The notes below the pieces were generated by a model. The model saw only the letters and a list, made by a program, of their open reading frames with translations. It made no database searches and was not told the origin of the DNA. DNA of 64,000 nt. Origin: an uncultured Planctomycetota bacterium (GTDB taxonomy: Bacteria; Planctomycetota; Phycisphaerae; SM23-33). A program made the translations under genes and the position numbers. Of this stretch, positions 31,047 to 41,034 are shown one piece after another; position 1 is the stretch's first letter; every line of letters starts with the position of its first letter. The stretch is taken from assembly GCA_903892515.1 (NCBI GenBank), contig CAITIS010000067.1:65347-129346 (forward strand), read 5' to 3'.

Positions 31047-32264
31047 ATGTACGAAGACTATTACGGCAATTTGATTACCTCCCTGGCGATGGCCAACGAC
31101 AAGAAGATCGTCCTGCTGGTGATGGACGGCCTGGGCGACGCCCCCAACGCCACCGGCAAGACGCCACTGCAAGCCGCCATCAAGCCCAACCTCGACGCCC
31201 TGGCGGGACAATCGGCCTGCGGGCTGCTCGTGCCAGTCGCTACAGCCGTCACGCCAGGCTCGGGCCCGGGCCACCTGGGCCTGTTTGGCTACGACCCGCT
31301 GATATACCAGGTCGGGCGCGGCGTGCTCAGCGCGCTGGGCGTGGAATTCCCGCTGGAAGACCGCGACGTGGCCGCCCGGTTGAACTTCTGCACCATCGAC
31401 AAGAGCGGCAACATCGCCGACCGCCGCGCTGGCCGGATTCCCGACGAGGAGAACCGCCGCGTACTGGAGAAGATTCGCAAGGGCTTGAAGACTCCTGCGG
31501 GCGTAGAGGTCTTCTTTACGACTGAGGCTGAACACCGCGCCGTGCTGGTGCTGCGTGAGAACAATCTCGACGACAACATCGGCGACACCGACCCGCAGCA
31601 CACGGGCGTCCCGCCGCTGAAGGCCAACCGCGCCCCGTACGACAAGAGCCCCACGGCCGCTATCGCCGCCAATATCATCGAGCAGGTGCAGAAGATGCTG
31701 GCCGATGAGCCCAAGGCCAACATGATCGTCGCCCGCGGCTTTGCCAAGCACCCGGCCTGGCCGAAGTTCCCCGACCGCTACAAGGTCAAGCCGGCCGCCG
31801 TGGCGGGCTACCCGATGTATCGCGGCGTGGCCAAGTTGGTGGGCATTCCCGTGGTGGCCAAGCCCACGACCGCCCAGGATGTCTGCGCCGAAGCCGCCAA
31901 GGCAATGGCCGAGCACAGCTTCGTCTTTGCCCATTTCAAGTACACCGACAAGACCGGCGAAGACGGCGACTATGACGGCAAGGTCAAGCGGATCGAGGAG
32001 ATGGACAAGGCCCTGCCGACGCTGCTGGCGGCCAAGCCCGACGTGCTGATTATCACCGGCGATCACTCCACGCCGTGCGTGTTGAAGAGCCACTCCTGGC
32101 ATCCCGTGCCGGTGCTGATGAAGGCCCCGTGGCTGCGTGGCGGGCAAGTGGCGAAGTTCGACGAGGTCAACTGCCGCGGCGGCGAGATCGGCACCATCCC
32201 CAGCCGTGAACTGCTGCCTCTAGCCATGGCCCACGCCGGCAAGCTGGAGAAGTTCGGCGCGTAG
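31047..32264 (+). CDS. apgM: 2,3-bisphosphoglycerate-independent phosphoglycerate mutase, archaeal-type (ApgM family)
   Basis: LLVMDGLGD ... GHLGLFGYDP ... ITGDHSTP motifs of the ApgM/metalloenzyme family. Start tentative (MYEDYYGNL); upstream ATGs overlap a palindromic repeat. Confidence 0.7.
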   Translation: MYEDYYGNLITSLAMANDKKIVLLVMDGLGDAPNATGKTPLQAAIKPNLDALAGQSACGLLVPVATAVTPGSGPGHLGLFGYDPLIYQVGRGVLSALGVEFPLEDRDVAARLNFCTIDKSGNIADRRAGRIPDEENRRVLEKIRKGLKTPAGVEVFFTTEAEHRAVLVLRENNLDDNIGDTDPQHTGVPPLKANRAPYDKSPTAAIAANIIEQVQKMLADEPKANMIVARGFAKHPAWPKFPDRYKVKPAAVAGYPMYRGVAKLVGIPVVAKPTTAQDVCAEAAKAMAEHSFVFAHFKYTDKTGEDGDYDGKVKRIEEMDKALPTLLAAKPDVLIITGDHSTPCVLKSHSWHPVPVLMKAPWLRGGQVAKFDEVNCRGGEIGTIPSRELLPLAMAHAGKLEKFGA

Positions 32265-32292
32265 CCGTCGCCTCGGAAGTGTCAGAAACATC

Positions 32293-32319
32293 AGCAGGGA
32301 TGCATGGGATTCAAGGGAT
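32293..32319. repeat. 27-bp direct repeat, copy 1 (AGCAGGGATGCATGGGATTCAAGGGAT)
   Basis: Exact copy at 32882..32908. Flanks a ~560-bp lower-GC segment. Confidence 0.85.
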
Positions 32320-32427
32320 AGGAATGATTTTCGATTCTCGATTTGAGTTCAATGCCTTGGGAAATAGCGCAGGCCTCTGGCGCTTCCGGAGGTCTAAGGA
32401 CAGACCGCAGGAATAGGAGGGTCTACG

Positions 32428-32883
32428 ATGTCTTGGATGGCTTGGAAGATGTTGGACTCGTGCCTGATGGTGGCCATGCTGCCGTTGCTGGTCGTAAACA
32501 TAGTGCTGAACGCGCGAGCCAGGCAGGCGATGAAGCGCGAGGGATCCGCTGCCAAGGCCTGGCCTGAGACACGCTTCTGGAAGACATTACGCCGATTTGT
32601 GATGGTGTTGTTTCTTGCCTCGTTCGGGTGGGCTATCTTCTGGGATTACAGGTTGTCACGAGACTTACCGACTACACCTGATGCAGGCGCAGGCCGCACT
32701 CATGAACTCCACGTTGGCCACGCCTTGCATTACGCGACTGAGCAGGAGTACAGTCGGTCTAAGTCGTCCGAAGCGACCCTTTGGGCTTCCGGCATTGTCG
32801 TTCTGGCTTACAACGCAGCGAGAGAGCTTAGCAAGAAGCGCAAAAGCCCACAGAGCGGCGAGTTGAACGTCAACAAAAACTAG
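32428..32883 (+). CDS. small two-TM membrane protein of unknown function (inside direct-repeat-flanked insert)
   Basis: 151 aa. Good SD (AGGAGGG then ATG). Two hydrophobic helices then a polar Lys-rich tail. Lower GC than surroundings. Confidence 0.5.
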   Translation: MSWMAWKMLDSCLMVAMLPLLVVNIVLNARARQAMKREGSAAKAWPETRFWKTLRRFVMVLFLASFGWAIFWDYRLSRDLPTTPDAGAGRTHELHVGHALHYATEQEYSRSKSSEATLWASGIVVLAYNAARELSKKRKSPQSGELNVNKN

Positions 32884-32908
32884 CAGGGATGCATGGGATT
32901 CAAGGGAT
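32882..32908. repeat. 27-bp direct repeat, copy 2
   Basis: Identical to 32293..32319. Confidence 0.85.
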
Positions 32909-32967
32909 TTAACTCCATCCCATACATCCCTGCTGTGTTTTCCAGATTCCGACTTCCCGATTCCAGG

Positions 32968-34179
32968 CTACTTCGTGTACTCGCCCTTGTTCCGCGGGCC
33001 CGTCAGGCCTTCCCACTTCGGGTCGAGCCTGGCCACGCCGTACCACGCGCGGGACATGTACAGGGCGTCCAGCACCGAGCAGGCCACCATGGCCTCGGCC
33101 ACCGGGTAGATGCGCGGGCAGATGCTGATGTCGCGGCGGGTGACGGCGGCCAGTTTCTTGGCCTGCATCGTCTTCAAGTCCACGGTGTCCTGCTGCTTGG
33201 AGATCGTCGGCGTGGCCTTGACGTACATGCGTATGATCAGGTCTTCGCCGTTGCTCATGCCGCCCGAGAACCCGCCACTGTGGTTGGTCTGGAAGCGGAC
33301 CTTGCCGTCTTCCAGTACGGGCTGGTCGTTCCATTCGCTGCCCAGCGTGCGAGCGGCCGCGGCGCCAGAGCCGAACTCCAGCCCGGTCATCGCCCCGATG
33401 CTGCACAGGCCGTGCGCGATCGTGGCCTTGAGCTTGTCAAAGACCGGCTCGCCCAGGGCCGCCGGCACACCTCGGGCGATGATCTCGATGGTCCCGCCGG
33501 CCGTGTCGCCCGCATCGCGGACTTTCAGCAAGTCAGCGATCATGACCTTGGCCTGGTCAAGATCGCAGCAGTTCAGGTCGTTCTTGCGATAGTTGGCCTT
33601 GAGTTCCTCGAAGGTCATCGTGCCTTCGGCCACGCTCCTGCCCTTGATGCCGTGACTCTCAATGACGTGGGCGAGGATCTCGATGTTCTCGCGGGCGAGA
33701 ATCTGCTTAGCCACAGCGCCGCCGGCCACCCGGCCCACCGTCTCACGTCCACTGGCCCGGCCAGCGCCGCACCAGTCGCCGTGCTCGCCATACTTGTACA
33801 GGAAGTTCAGTTCGGCATGGCCGGGGCGAACGACATCTTTCACGTCGCGGTACTGCTGGACGTGAATGTCCTGCGTATCGACGTTGCGGACGAGCAGCCC
33901 GACGGGCGCGCCGGTCGTGATGCCTTCCTGCAAGCCGGCGACGACCTCGACGATGTCGGTTTCCTTGCGCGGGCTGTCGAGCTTGCTCTGGCCGGGGCGG
34001 CGTTTGAACAGTTCGTCCTGGATTCTCTTGACGTCGAGCTTGATGCCCGGCGGCACGCCGTTGACGATGCAAAAGAGCGAGCCGCCCCAGTTGCCCGGGT
34101 CCTCGGCCGTCGCGTGCCAGCCGTAGCTCTCGCCGCACGTAGTGATCTGGAAAATCCGTCCAAACGTGTTGCCCAGCAT
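32968..34179 (-). CDS. aroC: chorismate synthase
   Basis: MLGNTFGRIFQITTCGESYG ... full chorismate synthase layout (403 aa). Confidence 0.9.
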   Translation of the reverse strand: MLGNTFGRIFQITTCGESYGWHATAEDPGNWGGSLFCIVNGVPPGIKLDVKRIQDELFKRRPGQSKLDSPRKETDIVEVVAGLQEGITTGAPVGLLVRNVDTQDIHVQQYRDVKDVVRPGHAELNFLYKYGEHGDWCGAGRASGRETVGRVAGGAVAKQILARENIEILAHVIESHGIKGRSVAEGTMTFEELKANYRKNDLNCCDLDQAKVMIADLLKVRDAGDTAGGTIEIIARGVPAALGEPVFDKLKATIAHGLCSIGAMTGLEFGSGAAAARTLGSEWNDQPVLEDGKVRFQTNHSGGFSGGMSNGEDLIIRMYVKATPTISKQQDTVDLKTMQAKKLAAVTRRDISICPRIYPVAEAMVACSVLDALYMSRAWYGVARLDPKWEGLTGPRNKGEYTK

Positions 34180-34265
34180 TTCATTCTCCTTCTTCTATAT
34201 TCAGGCCGCTTGGCCTTTAGTCAAACGGAACGGAAGCCGGAATCTGGAGTCCGCGGTCGCGTGGG

Positions 34266-34487
34266 CTAGGCTTCAAACAGCTCTCGTGGCAGCCGACTCT
34301 GCCGGATGATTGCCAGCAGCGCACCCATCCGCAATTCCCTGTGATCCGGAACAGGCACGGTGATGGTTGTTCCGCCAGTCTTCTGCTGCATGGTGACGTG
34401 GCTGCCTCGCTGCCGAATCTGCTGGAATCCCTGGGCCAAGAGGATTGCCATGACCTCTTTTCCGGAAAGGATCCGCAGCCTAGCCAA
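34266..34487 (-). CDS. hicA: HicA-family toxin (mRNA interferase)
   Basis: 73 aa. GKEVMAILLAQGFQQIRQRGSHVTMQ matches the HicA dsRBD-like fold motif with catalytic His in GSH. Confidence 0.8.
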   Translation of the reverse strand: MARLRILSGKEVMAILLAQGFQQIRQRGSHVTMQQKTGGTTITVPVPDHRELRMGALLAIIRQSRLPRELFEA

Positions 34488-34716
34488 TCCTCACCTCAAG
34501 GGGCGAAACGACCACGTCGCCGTGCAGTCGGTCTCGGATTTCCTGAGCTGACGCCGTTTCCAGGAATAGCTCGACGGCCTCACGCAGGTTTTCGCGAGCT
34601 TCATCCAGCGTGTCTCCCTGGCTGGCGACATCCAATTCCGGACACAAGGCCACATACCCGTCGCCTTCGCGGTGAATCGCAGCCGTGAACGTTCGAGTAG
34701 CCATAACTAGCCTCAC
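34480..34716 (-). CDS. hicB: HicB-family antitoxin
   Basis: 78 aa. YVALCPELDVASQGDTLDEARENLREAVELFLE is a HicB N-terminal RNase-H-like motif. Overlaps hicA by 8 nt. Confidence 0.75.
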   Translation of the reverse strand: MRLVMATRTFTAAIHREGDGYVALCPELDVASQGDTLDEARENLREAVELFLETASAQEIRDRLHGDVVVSPLEVRIG

Positions 34717-34792
34717 AATCTTGCTGCCATTATACCGCTCGCCACCTCGTGCGGGACGCGCTTCTTGCTCCCCATGCCCTTCGTCCTACGCC

Positions 34793-36088
34793 CTAAATCT
34801 TCTGCATCTCGCAGCCCAGCAGCGTCATCTGCTCGATGAAGTTGGGAAAGGTCTTCTTGACACACTCGATGTCGCTGATGTGCGTCTGGCCACTGGCGAC
34901 CATGCCGGCCAGGCTCAGCGTCATTACCATGCGATGATCGGCCCGGCTGTTGAGGTGCGCCCCGTGCAGCCGGCTGCCACGAATCACCAGACCATCGGGC
35001 CGCTCCTGCACGTCGGCGCCCATTGCCCGCAGGGCCTTGTGCATCTCGGCGATGCGGTCGCACTCCTTCTGCCGGCAGATGGCGGCGTCGTACAGTTCGG
35101 TCGTCCCTTCGGCGCAGGCCCCGACGACGGCCAGCAGCATGAACTGATCGACGAAGTCGTTGCAGTCGATCCGCATGCCCTTGAGTTGGCTGGTGCGGGC
35201 GATCACGCCATCAGGCAGGATCTCCAGGTTCGCGCCCATCTGCCGCAGGACATCCAGAACCAGCCGGTCGCCCTGCACGTCGCGGTAGTCCACGCCCTGC
35301 ACGTGCACCTCGCTGTCGGGGCACAGCAGACCCGCCACGATCGGGTACATGGCCGCCGACCAGTCGCCGGGTATGCGGGCGTCAAAGCCCTTCCAGCGGC
35401 TTCCGCCGGCCAACCGGTATCGAGCGAAGTCCTCGTTCTCCAACTTGATGCCGCACTGATCCAGCCAGTACAGCGTCACGCCGATCCAGGGCTTTTCGCC
35501 CGGATTGTGTACGATCAGTTCCGTCGGCGCCTCGGCCATGCTGGCGGCGATGAGCATCGCGCTGACTGGCTGGGAATCGGCCCCGTCCAGTTCCGCCCGC
35601 CCGCCCTTGAGCCGGCCTCGAACGACTACCGGCGCATGACCGTCATTCTTGGTCGAATACGCGCTGGCCCCCAGCGCGTTCATCGCGTCGAGCAGCGCCT
35701 GGCAGGGACGAATATGCCGGATGGACTCGTCGCCCGTCAGGATGGTCGTGCCGTCGCACAGCCCGGCCAAGGCCGTAAAGAAGCGAAAGATGATGCCGCT
35801 GTTGCCGCAGTTGATCACGTCATCGGGAATCCGCAGCTCCCCGGCGGTGCCCGTGATCTGCCAGCAATCGTGAGCTTCGGGCTCGATCCTGGCCCCGAAC
35901 ATCTCCAGGGCCTCGGTCCCACGCATCCAATCGGCCGAGACGGCTGGGGACTCAATGCGGCTGGTCCCCTCCGCCAGCGCAGCCATAATGAGCGCTCTAA
36001 ACGAGTGAGACTTGTTGGGGGGAATCTTGATAGCCCCCCGCAGCGACCGCGATGACTGCACAGATACGTTCATTTTGTCCTCAGCCAA
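34793..36088 (-). CDS. aroA: 3-phosphoshikimate 1-carboxyvinyltransferase (EPSP synthase)
   Basis: GAIKIPPNKSHSFRALIMAALAEG ... LVIRG motifs. 431 aa (start may be the internal MNVSV). Confidence 0.9.
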   Translation of the reverse strand: MAEDKMNVSVQSSRSLRGAIKIPPNKSHSFRALIMAALAEGTSRIESPAVSADWMRGTEALEMFGARIEPEAHDCWQITGTAGELRIPDDVINCGNSGIIFRFFTALAGLCDGTTILTGDESIRHIRPCQALLDAMNALGASAYSTKNDGHAPVVVRGRLKGGRAELDGADSQPVSAMLIAASMAEAPTELIVHNPGEKPWIGVTLYWLDQCGIKLENEDFARYRLAGGSRWKGFDARIPGDWSAAMYPIVAGLLCPDSEVHVQGVDYRDVQGDRLVLDVLRQMGANLEILPDGVIARTSQLKGMRIDCNDFVDQFMLLAVVGACAEGTTELYDAAICRQKECDRIAEMHKALRAMGADVQERPDGLVIRGSRLHGAHLNSRADHRMVMTLSLAGMVASGQTHISDIECVKKTFPNFIEQMTLLGCEMQKI

Positions 36089-36293
36089 GTGAAGTAATCG
36101 TATCGATTCAGGCCAAAATGGTCAACCCAAACCCGCTATCCGCGAGGGCATGCTGTGAAATTGTGAACGCGATTGGGTGAAAACACTTGACGAATGTATA
36201 CTCCTTAGCCGAAAAGACTTCAATGCGGTGCCAAGGGCCTGCGCACCGGTTAGACAAATCGCGCTTCATGTGCATAACTTATAGGAGACGTTC

Positions 36294-37979
36294 ATGACAG
36301 AGTACATGCCGCTGTTGCTGACCCTGCTGCCAATTGCAGTCATTCTAGTCATGCTCATTATCCTTCGCCGAGCAGCCGACATCAGCGGCATCGTGGGCTG
36401 GATCGTCATTTCGCTCGTGGCCTATTTCGCGTTCAGCACTTCCGTGGACGTCATCCTGCGTTCGACCGTGGCCGGGTTCGTGCGGTCGTTCTCCGTCTCG
36501 CTCATCGTGGCCACATCGCTGCTCCAGATGGCCTTGATGGAGAAGAGCGGTGCCTTAAAGCGGATCATCATCTTCATCAAGACCATTGCCCGCGACCACC
36601 GGGCTGTGCAGATCATGATGATAAACATCGGCTTTGGCACGCTCATGGTGGCCGTCGGCGCCACGCCGGTGTCGCTGCTGCCGCCCATTCTGATTGCCAT
36701 GGGCTATTCCACCTACGTCGCCATCGCCCTGCCGGCCATCGGCTATGACTCGCTGTGCACGTACGCTTTGCTGGGCGCGCCCATCGTCGTTTTCGTCGAT
36801 ATTGCCAACGGCTTTCTGGGCAAGGGCAACGAAATCAGCCTCCACCAGGCCGGCATGGTTTTCTTCATGTTCCTGCCGGTGGTCTCAACGCTGATCGGCT
36901 TTTGCATGCTGTGGATCGTCGGCAGAGGCAAGGCCCTCAAGGAGGGCTGGCTGCCCTGCCTGATCACCGGCGCGGTCATCGGCGTGGTGGCGTACTTCAC
37001 CAACCGGCATGACAATCTCGTCGTGCTCACAGGCATCCTCTGCGGCCTGGCGGTCATAATCGCGATGGCCTTGTACCTAAAGGCCGGCGGAAGGAAGGTA
37101 ATCGACAAGAGCCAACTCACCACCGACGAGTTGGCGTATGAGAACACCTATTCACTCTGGAAGGCCCTGTCGCCCTGGATACTGCTGGTCATGCTGGTCC
37201 TGGCGATGAACCTGCACAAGGGTTCAGTCATTCTGACGCCTCAAAACACCCTCGCCTTCACGGACAACGCTGAACTTGTCAAGCAGGGGCATGTCCTCGT
37301 GCCTGGCTTTGACCATCTCTACCGTACGCTCAAGATGCCCATCATGGGCCTGACCGCCGACAAGAAGCCGCTGGACACCCGCGCCCTGTGGAACGCGTAC
37401 ACGTGGATCCTCATCAGTACGCTGCTGGCCATTCCGATCCTGCACCCCACCCGCACGCAGCTTAAAGACACGCTGCGCATCTGGCTGAAGCGTGCCCCCC
37501 GGCCCGTTTTCGCGGCGGCCATTTTCTTCGCCATCGGCGAAGTGATGAACATGTCCGGCTTCAGCATGGGCAGCGGCAAGTTCGAGACTGCCAGCATGGT
37601 CAAGGTGCTGGCCGACAGTTCGTCGGGCTTCTTCGGCAGCGCGTACGGCTGGGTGGTATCTTTCATCGGCCTGTTCGGCGGCTTCATCACGGGCAGCGAG
37701 GCATCGACCATCGCCATGTTCGCCAAGTATACGCTGACGACGGCCAAGAACCTGAGCATGCCGCTGGATGGGCTCATCATCATCACGGCCGGCCTGGCGT
37801 TTGGCGGCGGCTTGGCCAGCGTGATTTCGCCGGCCAAGCTTCAGAACGCAGCCGCGTCCATCGACAAGATCGGCGAAGAAGGCAAGGTCATCCGCGTGGC
37901 GTTCGTCTTCTCGATCCTGCTGACCATCGTGACGACGGTCTTCGTGGTGATTCTGCTGAAGTGCATGTGCCCGGCCTGA
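36294..37979 (+). CDS. L-lactate permease family transporter (LctP/LldP)
   Basis: 561 aa polytopic. C-terminal blocks FITGSEASTIAMFA and SVISPAKLQ resemble LldP FLTGSDTSSNALFA and KMISPQSIAIA. AT-richer upstream region. Confidence 0.7.
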   Translation: MTEYMPLLLTLLPIAVILVMLIILRRAADISGIVGWIVISLVAYFAFSTSVDVILRSTVAGFVRSFSVSLIVATSLLQMALMEKSGALKRIIIFIKTIARDHRAVQIMMINIGFGTLMVAVGATPVSLLPPILIAMGYSTYVAIALPAIGYDSLCTYALLGAPIVVFVDIANGFLGKGNEISLHQAGMVFFMFLPVVSTLIGFCMLWIVGRGKALKEGWLPCLITGAVIGVVAYFTNRHDNLVVLTGILCGLAVIIAMALYLKAGGRKVIDKSQLTTDELAYENTYSLWKALSPWILLVMLVLAMNLHKGSVILTPQNTLAFTDNAELVKQGHVLVPGFDHLYRTLKMPIMGLTADKKPLDTRALWNAYTWILISTLLAIPILHPTRTQLKDTLRIWLKRAPRPVFAAAIFFAIGEVMNMSGFSMGSGKFETASMVKVLADSSSGFFGSAYGWVVSFIGLFGGFITGSEASTIAMFAKYTLTTAKNLSMPLDGLIIITAGLAFGGGLASVISPAKLQNAAASIDKIGEEGKVIRVAFVFSILLTIVTTVFVVILLKCMCPA

Positions 37980-38064
37980 TCCGGCCGAACGTAAAGATGC
38001 TGCCGCAGCAACGCAGTGCGTGCAGATTCCGGGCCAACGGTGCGGAGTCTGCACACCGAACTGC

Positions 38065-39069
38065 CTACGCGTCGGATCGGTCTCTGATCACGCGCCGCAC
38101 GGCGTACGTGTGCCGCTGGCCGCTCTCGAAGTAGACCCGCATGAGCATCTCGCCCATCAGGCCAGTGGCCAGGCACAGCAGGCCGGCGACCAGGAAGAGC
38201 ACGCCCATCGCCAGCAGCGGGCCGTGCGTGTGGACGATGGAGAAATCCTGCCAGCTAACCAGCTTGCGGATCAGCAAGTACAGCAGAATCGCCCCGCCGC
38301 TGGCCAGTCCGAGCATGCCGCCCTTGCCGAAGAAGTGCATGGGGCGCGTGAGATAGGCCGTGGTGAAACGCAGCGTCAGCAGATCGAGTGCGACGCGGAA
38401 GGTCCGGCCGATGCCGTAGTTGCTCTTGCCGGCCTTGCGGCGGACGTTCTTGATGGGCACCTCGCAGATGCGCGCCCCCCACCGGGCGATGATGGCGGGC
38501 ACGTACCGGTGCATGTCGCCATACAGGCGGATGCCTTCGAGCACTTCGCGCCGATACGCCTTGAACGTGGTGCCGAAATCATGCAGCGGCACGCCCGACA
38601 CGGCCGCCAGCAGTTTGTTGGCGATCCGGCTGGGCAGACGCCGCAGCAGAAAGCCGTCGCCGCGACGAATCCGCCAGCCGCTGGCCACGTCGTAGCCCTC
38701 GTCGATCTTCTTGATAAAGAGCGGAATCTCGTACGGATCGTGCTGTAAATCGCCGTCCATGGCGATGATGACCTGCCCGCGGCAGTGGTCAAAGCCCGCC
38801 TGCAGCGCGGTGGTCTGGCCAAAGTTCCGACGCAAGTCCACGAAGATCACGCGGCCATCGTCTCGGCTGATTTGCTCCAGCATCGCCGGCGTGTCATCTT
38901 TGCTGCCGTCATTGACGAAGACCATTTCGTACGGCTGGCCGACGTGCTTCATGACGCGTGCGATCCGCTCGTATAACGTGCGGACGATGCCAGCTTCGTT
39001 GTAGAACGGCACGACGATGCTGTACTTGATGTCGCTGTTTGAACTATCCATGCTGTTAAAGCTGTCCAT
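38065..39069 (-). CDS. GT2 glycosyltransferase (polyprenyl-phosphate sugar transferase-like, C-terminal TM helices)
   Basis: YSIVVPFYNE ... VFVNDGSKD ... DGDLQHDP motifs. Two C-terminal TM segments. Confidence 0.8.
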   Translation of the reverse strand: MDSFNSMDSSNSDIKYSIVVPFYNEAGIVRTLYERIARVMKHVGQPYEMVFVNDGSKDDTPAMLEQISRDDGRVIFVDLRRNFGQTTALQAGFDHCRGQVIIAMDGDLQHDPYEIPLFIKKIDEGYDVASGWRIRRGDGFLLRRLPSRIANKLLAAVSGVPLHDFGTTFKAYRREVLEGIRLYGDMHRYVPAIIARWGARICEVPIKNVRRKAGKSNYGIGRTFRVALDLLTLRFTTAYLTRPMHFFGKGGMLGLASGGAILLYLLIRKLVSWQDFSIVHTHGPLLAMGVLFLVAGLLCLATGLMGEMLMRVYFESGQRHTYAVRRVIRDRSDA

Positions 39070-39904
39070 AATGAATCAACTGCACGCCACGCAGGCGGAT
39101 TCTTTCCTTTACCCGTTCATCGCACAACGCGTCGAGTTCGGCCCGGCGGCTTTCACGCAGCCGGGTCTGCCCGTGGGGCACGTCCTCGGCGTAGCCGGGA
39201 TGAACCATGATCTCCGTCGCCCCGGCCGTCAAACCATCGATGGCCGACAGCAAGTACGCCACGTCGATGTGGCCCGTGTGCGCCACGCCCAGCGTGCCCG
39301 TCGTGCCGACTAAGTCTCCGCCACGGCGAGCGTTGCCCCGGCCCAACCAGTTCAGCACACAGCTGAGGCGGCGCCGCTTGGCCGAGGTCGGCTCGAACGC
39401 GCCGGCGGCCAGGTGTTCAGCGTGCCGGCGCACGTGCGGGATATCATAGCGGCGGCAAAGCCCCAGCACGAGGCGGAAAACCGCCGGCCAGCCGTGCACG
39501 TGCCGGTGACTGTCCATGTGCGTAGGTTTCAGGCCCAGTGAAAGCGCCCGTTCGATCTGGGCGGCGAACTCAGCCTCGATGGCCGGCAAGAAGCGGCGTC
39601 CGTGTAACAGGCAGCCCTTGATGATGGCATCGCCACTGGAGTTCATGACGCCGTTTTGGTCCGCGAGGACTTCTCGTCCTTGCTTTGAGAGTGCCGGTCC
39701 CTGACATGCGTTCAAGTGCACTCCAACGCCCAGGCTGGGCGTCTGGATGGCGATCGCGGCGGCGTACTCACAGGCAGGCATGTTGGCCGCCAACGTAGTG
39801 GAAGTAATGACGCCGTGCCGATGGCCATGCACGATGCCGTCGGTGATGCCGCGCGACCAGCCGAAATCGTCGGCATTGACGATCAGGCGGACCGAGTCGG
39901 ACAT
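39056..39904 (-). CDS. YdjC/ChbG-family carbohydrate deacetylase (HpnK-like)
   Basis: LIVNADDFG..GI..GI...H..G.ITSTTL motif at the N-terminus. Start set at MSDSVRLIV. Confidence 0.7.
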   Translation of the reverse strand: MSDSVRLIVNADDFGWSRGITDGIVHGHRHGVITSTTLAANMPACEYAAAIAIQTPSLGVGVHLNACQGPALSKQGREVLADQNGVMNSSGDAIIKGCLLHGRRFLPAIEAEFAAQIERALSLGLKPTHMDSHRHVHGWPAVFRLVLGLCRRYDIPHVRRHAEHLAAGAFEPTSAKRRRLSCVLNWLGRGNARRGGDLVGTTGTLGVAHTGHIDVAYLLSAIDGLTAGATEIMVHPGYAEDVPHGQTRLRESRRAELDALCDERVKERIRLRGVQLIHYGQL

Positions 39905-40011
39905 GGCACAGCCGTGGCTCGACTGAACTAGCCGAAGCGCCTTGGCTGTGGGCATCTTCGTAGCACAGCCGCCCTCGGCTGTGGGTTTGCTCGTATCCTG
40001 CTCTCCCGCCA

Positions 40012-40962
40012 TCATTGCGGCCTCTCCCGCAACTTCACGCCCATCGCCCAGGCCCCAAGCACGCCGACGCAGGCCGGGAGCAGCAGCACGATCAAGGCGT
40101 TAGTCAGGTACGCCGCCAGCACCATCGACGGCGTGAACCCGAACGCCCCGAAGACCCCCACCGCCACCGTCTCGCGCACGCCGAAGCCGCCGGGCGTAGC
40201 CGGGATGAGGTTATTGAGCATGACCACCGGCGTCAGGGCTGAGGCCATCAGCAGCCCGATGGGCCCGAAGGCGCGCAGGCAGAGATAGACGGTCAGCACA
40301 CTGAGAACTTCGGCCAGGATCGAAGTGGCCAGGAACACGCCAAATGGCCACCATGGCAGCGTGATTTCCGCCAGTTGCTTGGCCTTGCCTGGCAGCAGGC
40401 GGGTAAACAAGCCCCACAGTCGAGCAGGCCGATAGTGCAGCAGCAGCGGAAAAGCCAGGGCCAGACACAGCAGCACAGGACAGGCGACCAGAGCGGCCGG
40501 TGGGATCTGCGAGCCGCCGAGTTTCACGTCGGCCGTCACGAGATACACCAGCCCCAGCAGGCACAGCAGCAGCACGCCAGCCAGGTCGAAGAGCCGTTCG
40601 ACCACGACCCACCCCGCCAGTTTGAGCCGCACGCCCTTGGGCACGAACATCGGCCTGACGACTTCCCCGCCGCGAAACGGCGTGGCCAGCCCCACGCCCA
40701 AGCCCGCCAGCATGGAAACCCACGCCTGCCGCCAGAGGATGGGCTGCCCCTCCAGCCCGGTCATCCAGCGCCACCGCGCCACCCGCACCGTCCAGTACGC
40801 CAGAGCCAATACGACGGCTCCCAGGAGATGCCCTGCGCTGGCGTGGCGAACCTCGGCGGCCAAGCTGGACCACTGCTGATGGCTCAGCAAATACGCCAAC
40901 AGCCCCGCGGCCAGTGCCAGCGAGAGCCCCTGCAAAATCCACGCTTTCAGACGAGACGGCAT
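40012..40962 (-). CDS. flippase-like / UPF0104 (lysyl-PG-synthase TM-region) family membrane protein
   Basis: ~316 aa with ~8 hydrophobic helices. Start at MPSRLKAW. Stop overlaps the YdjC start (ATGA). Same operon as the GT2 gene. Confidence 0.55.
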   Translation of the reverse strand: MPSRLKAWILQGLSLALAAGLLAYLLSHQQWSSLAAEVRHASAGHLLGAVVLALAYWTVRVARWRWMTGLEGQPILWRQAWVSMLAGLGVGLATPFRGGEVVRPMFVPKGVRLKLAGWVVVERLFDLAGVLLLCLLGLVYLVTADVKLGGSQIPPAALVACPVLLCLALAFPLLLHYRPARLWGLFTRLLPGKAKQLAEITLPWWPFGVFLATSILAEVLSVLTVYLCLRAFGPIGLLMASALTPVVMLNNLIPATPGGFGVRETVAVGVFGAFGFTPSMVLAAYLTNALIVLLLPACVGVLGAWAMGVKLRERPQ

Positions 40963-41034
40963 GAGGGGACAGCGTAGTCGATTTCGCCCCCTGGGGAAAG
41001 CGACTGATGCGCTGCATGACCGGGTTGTGCCTAA

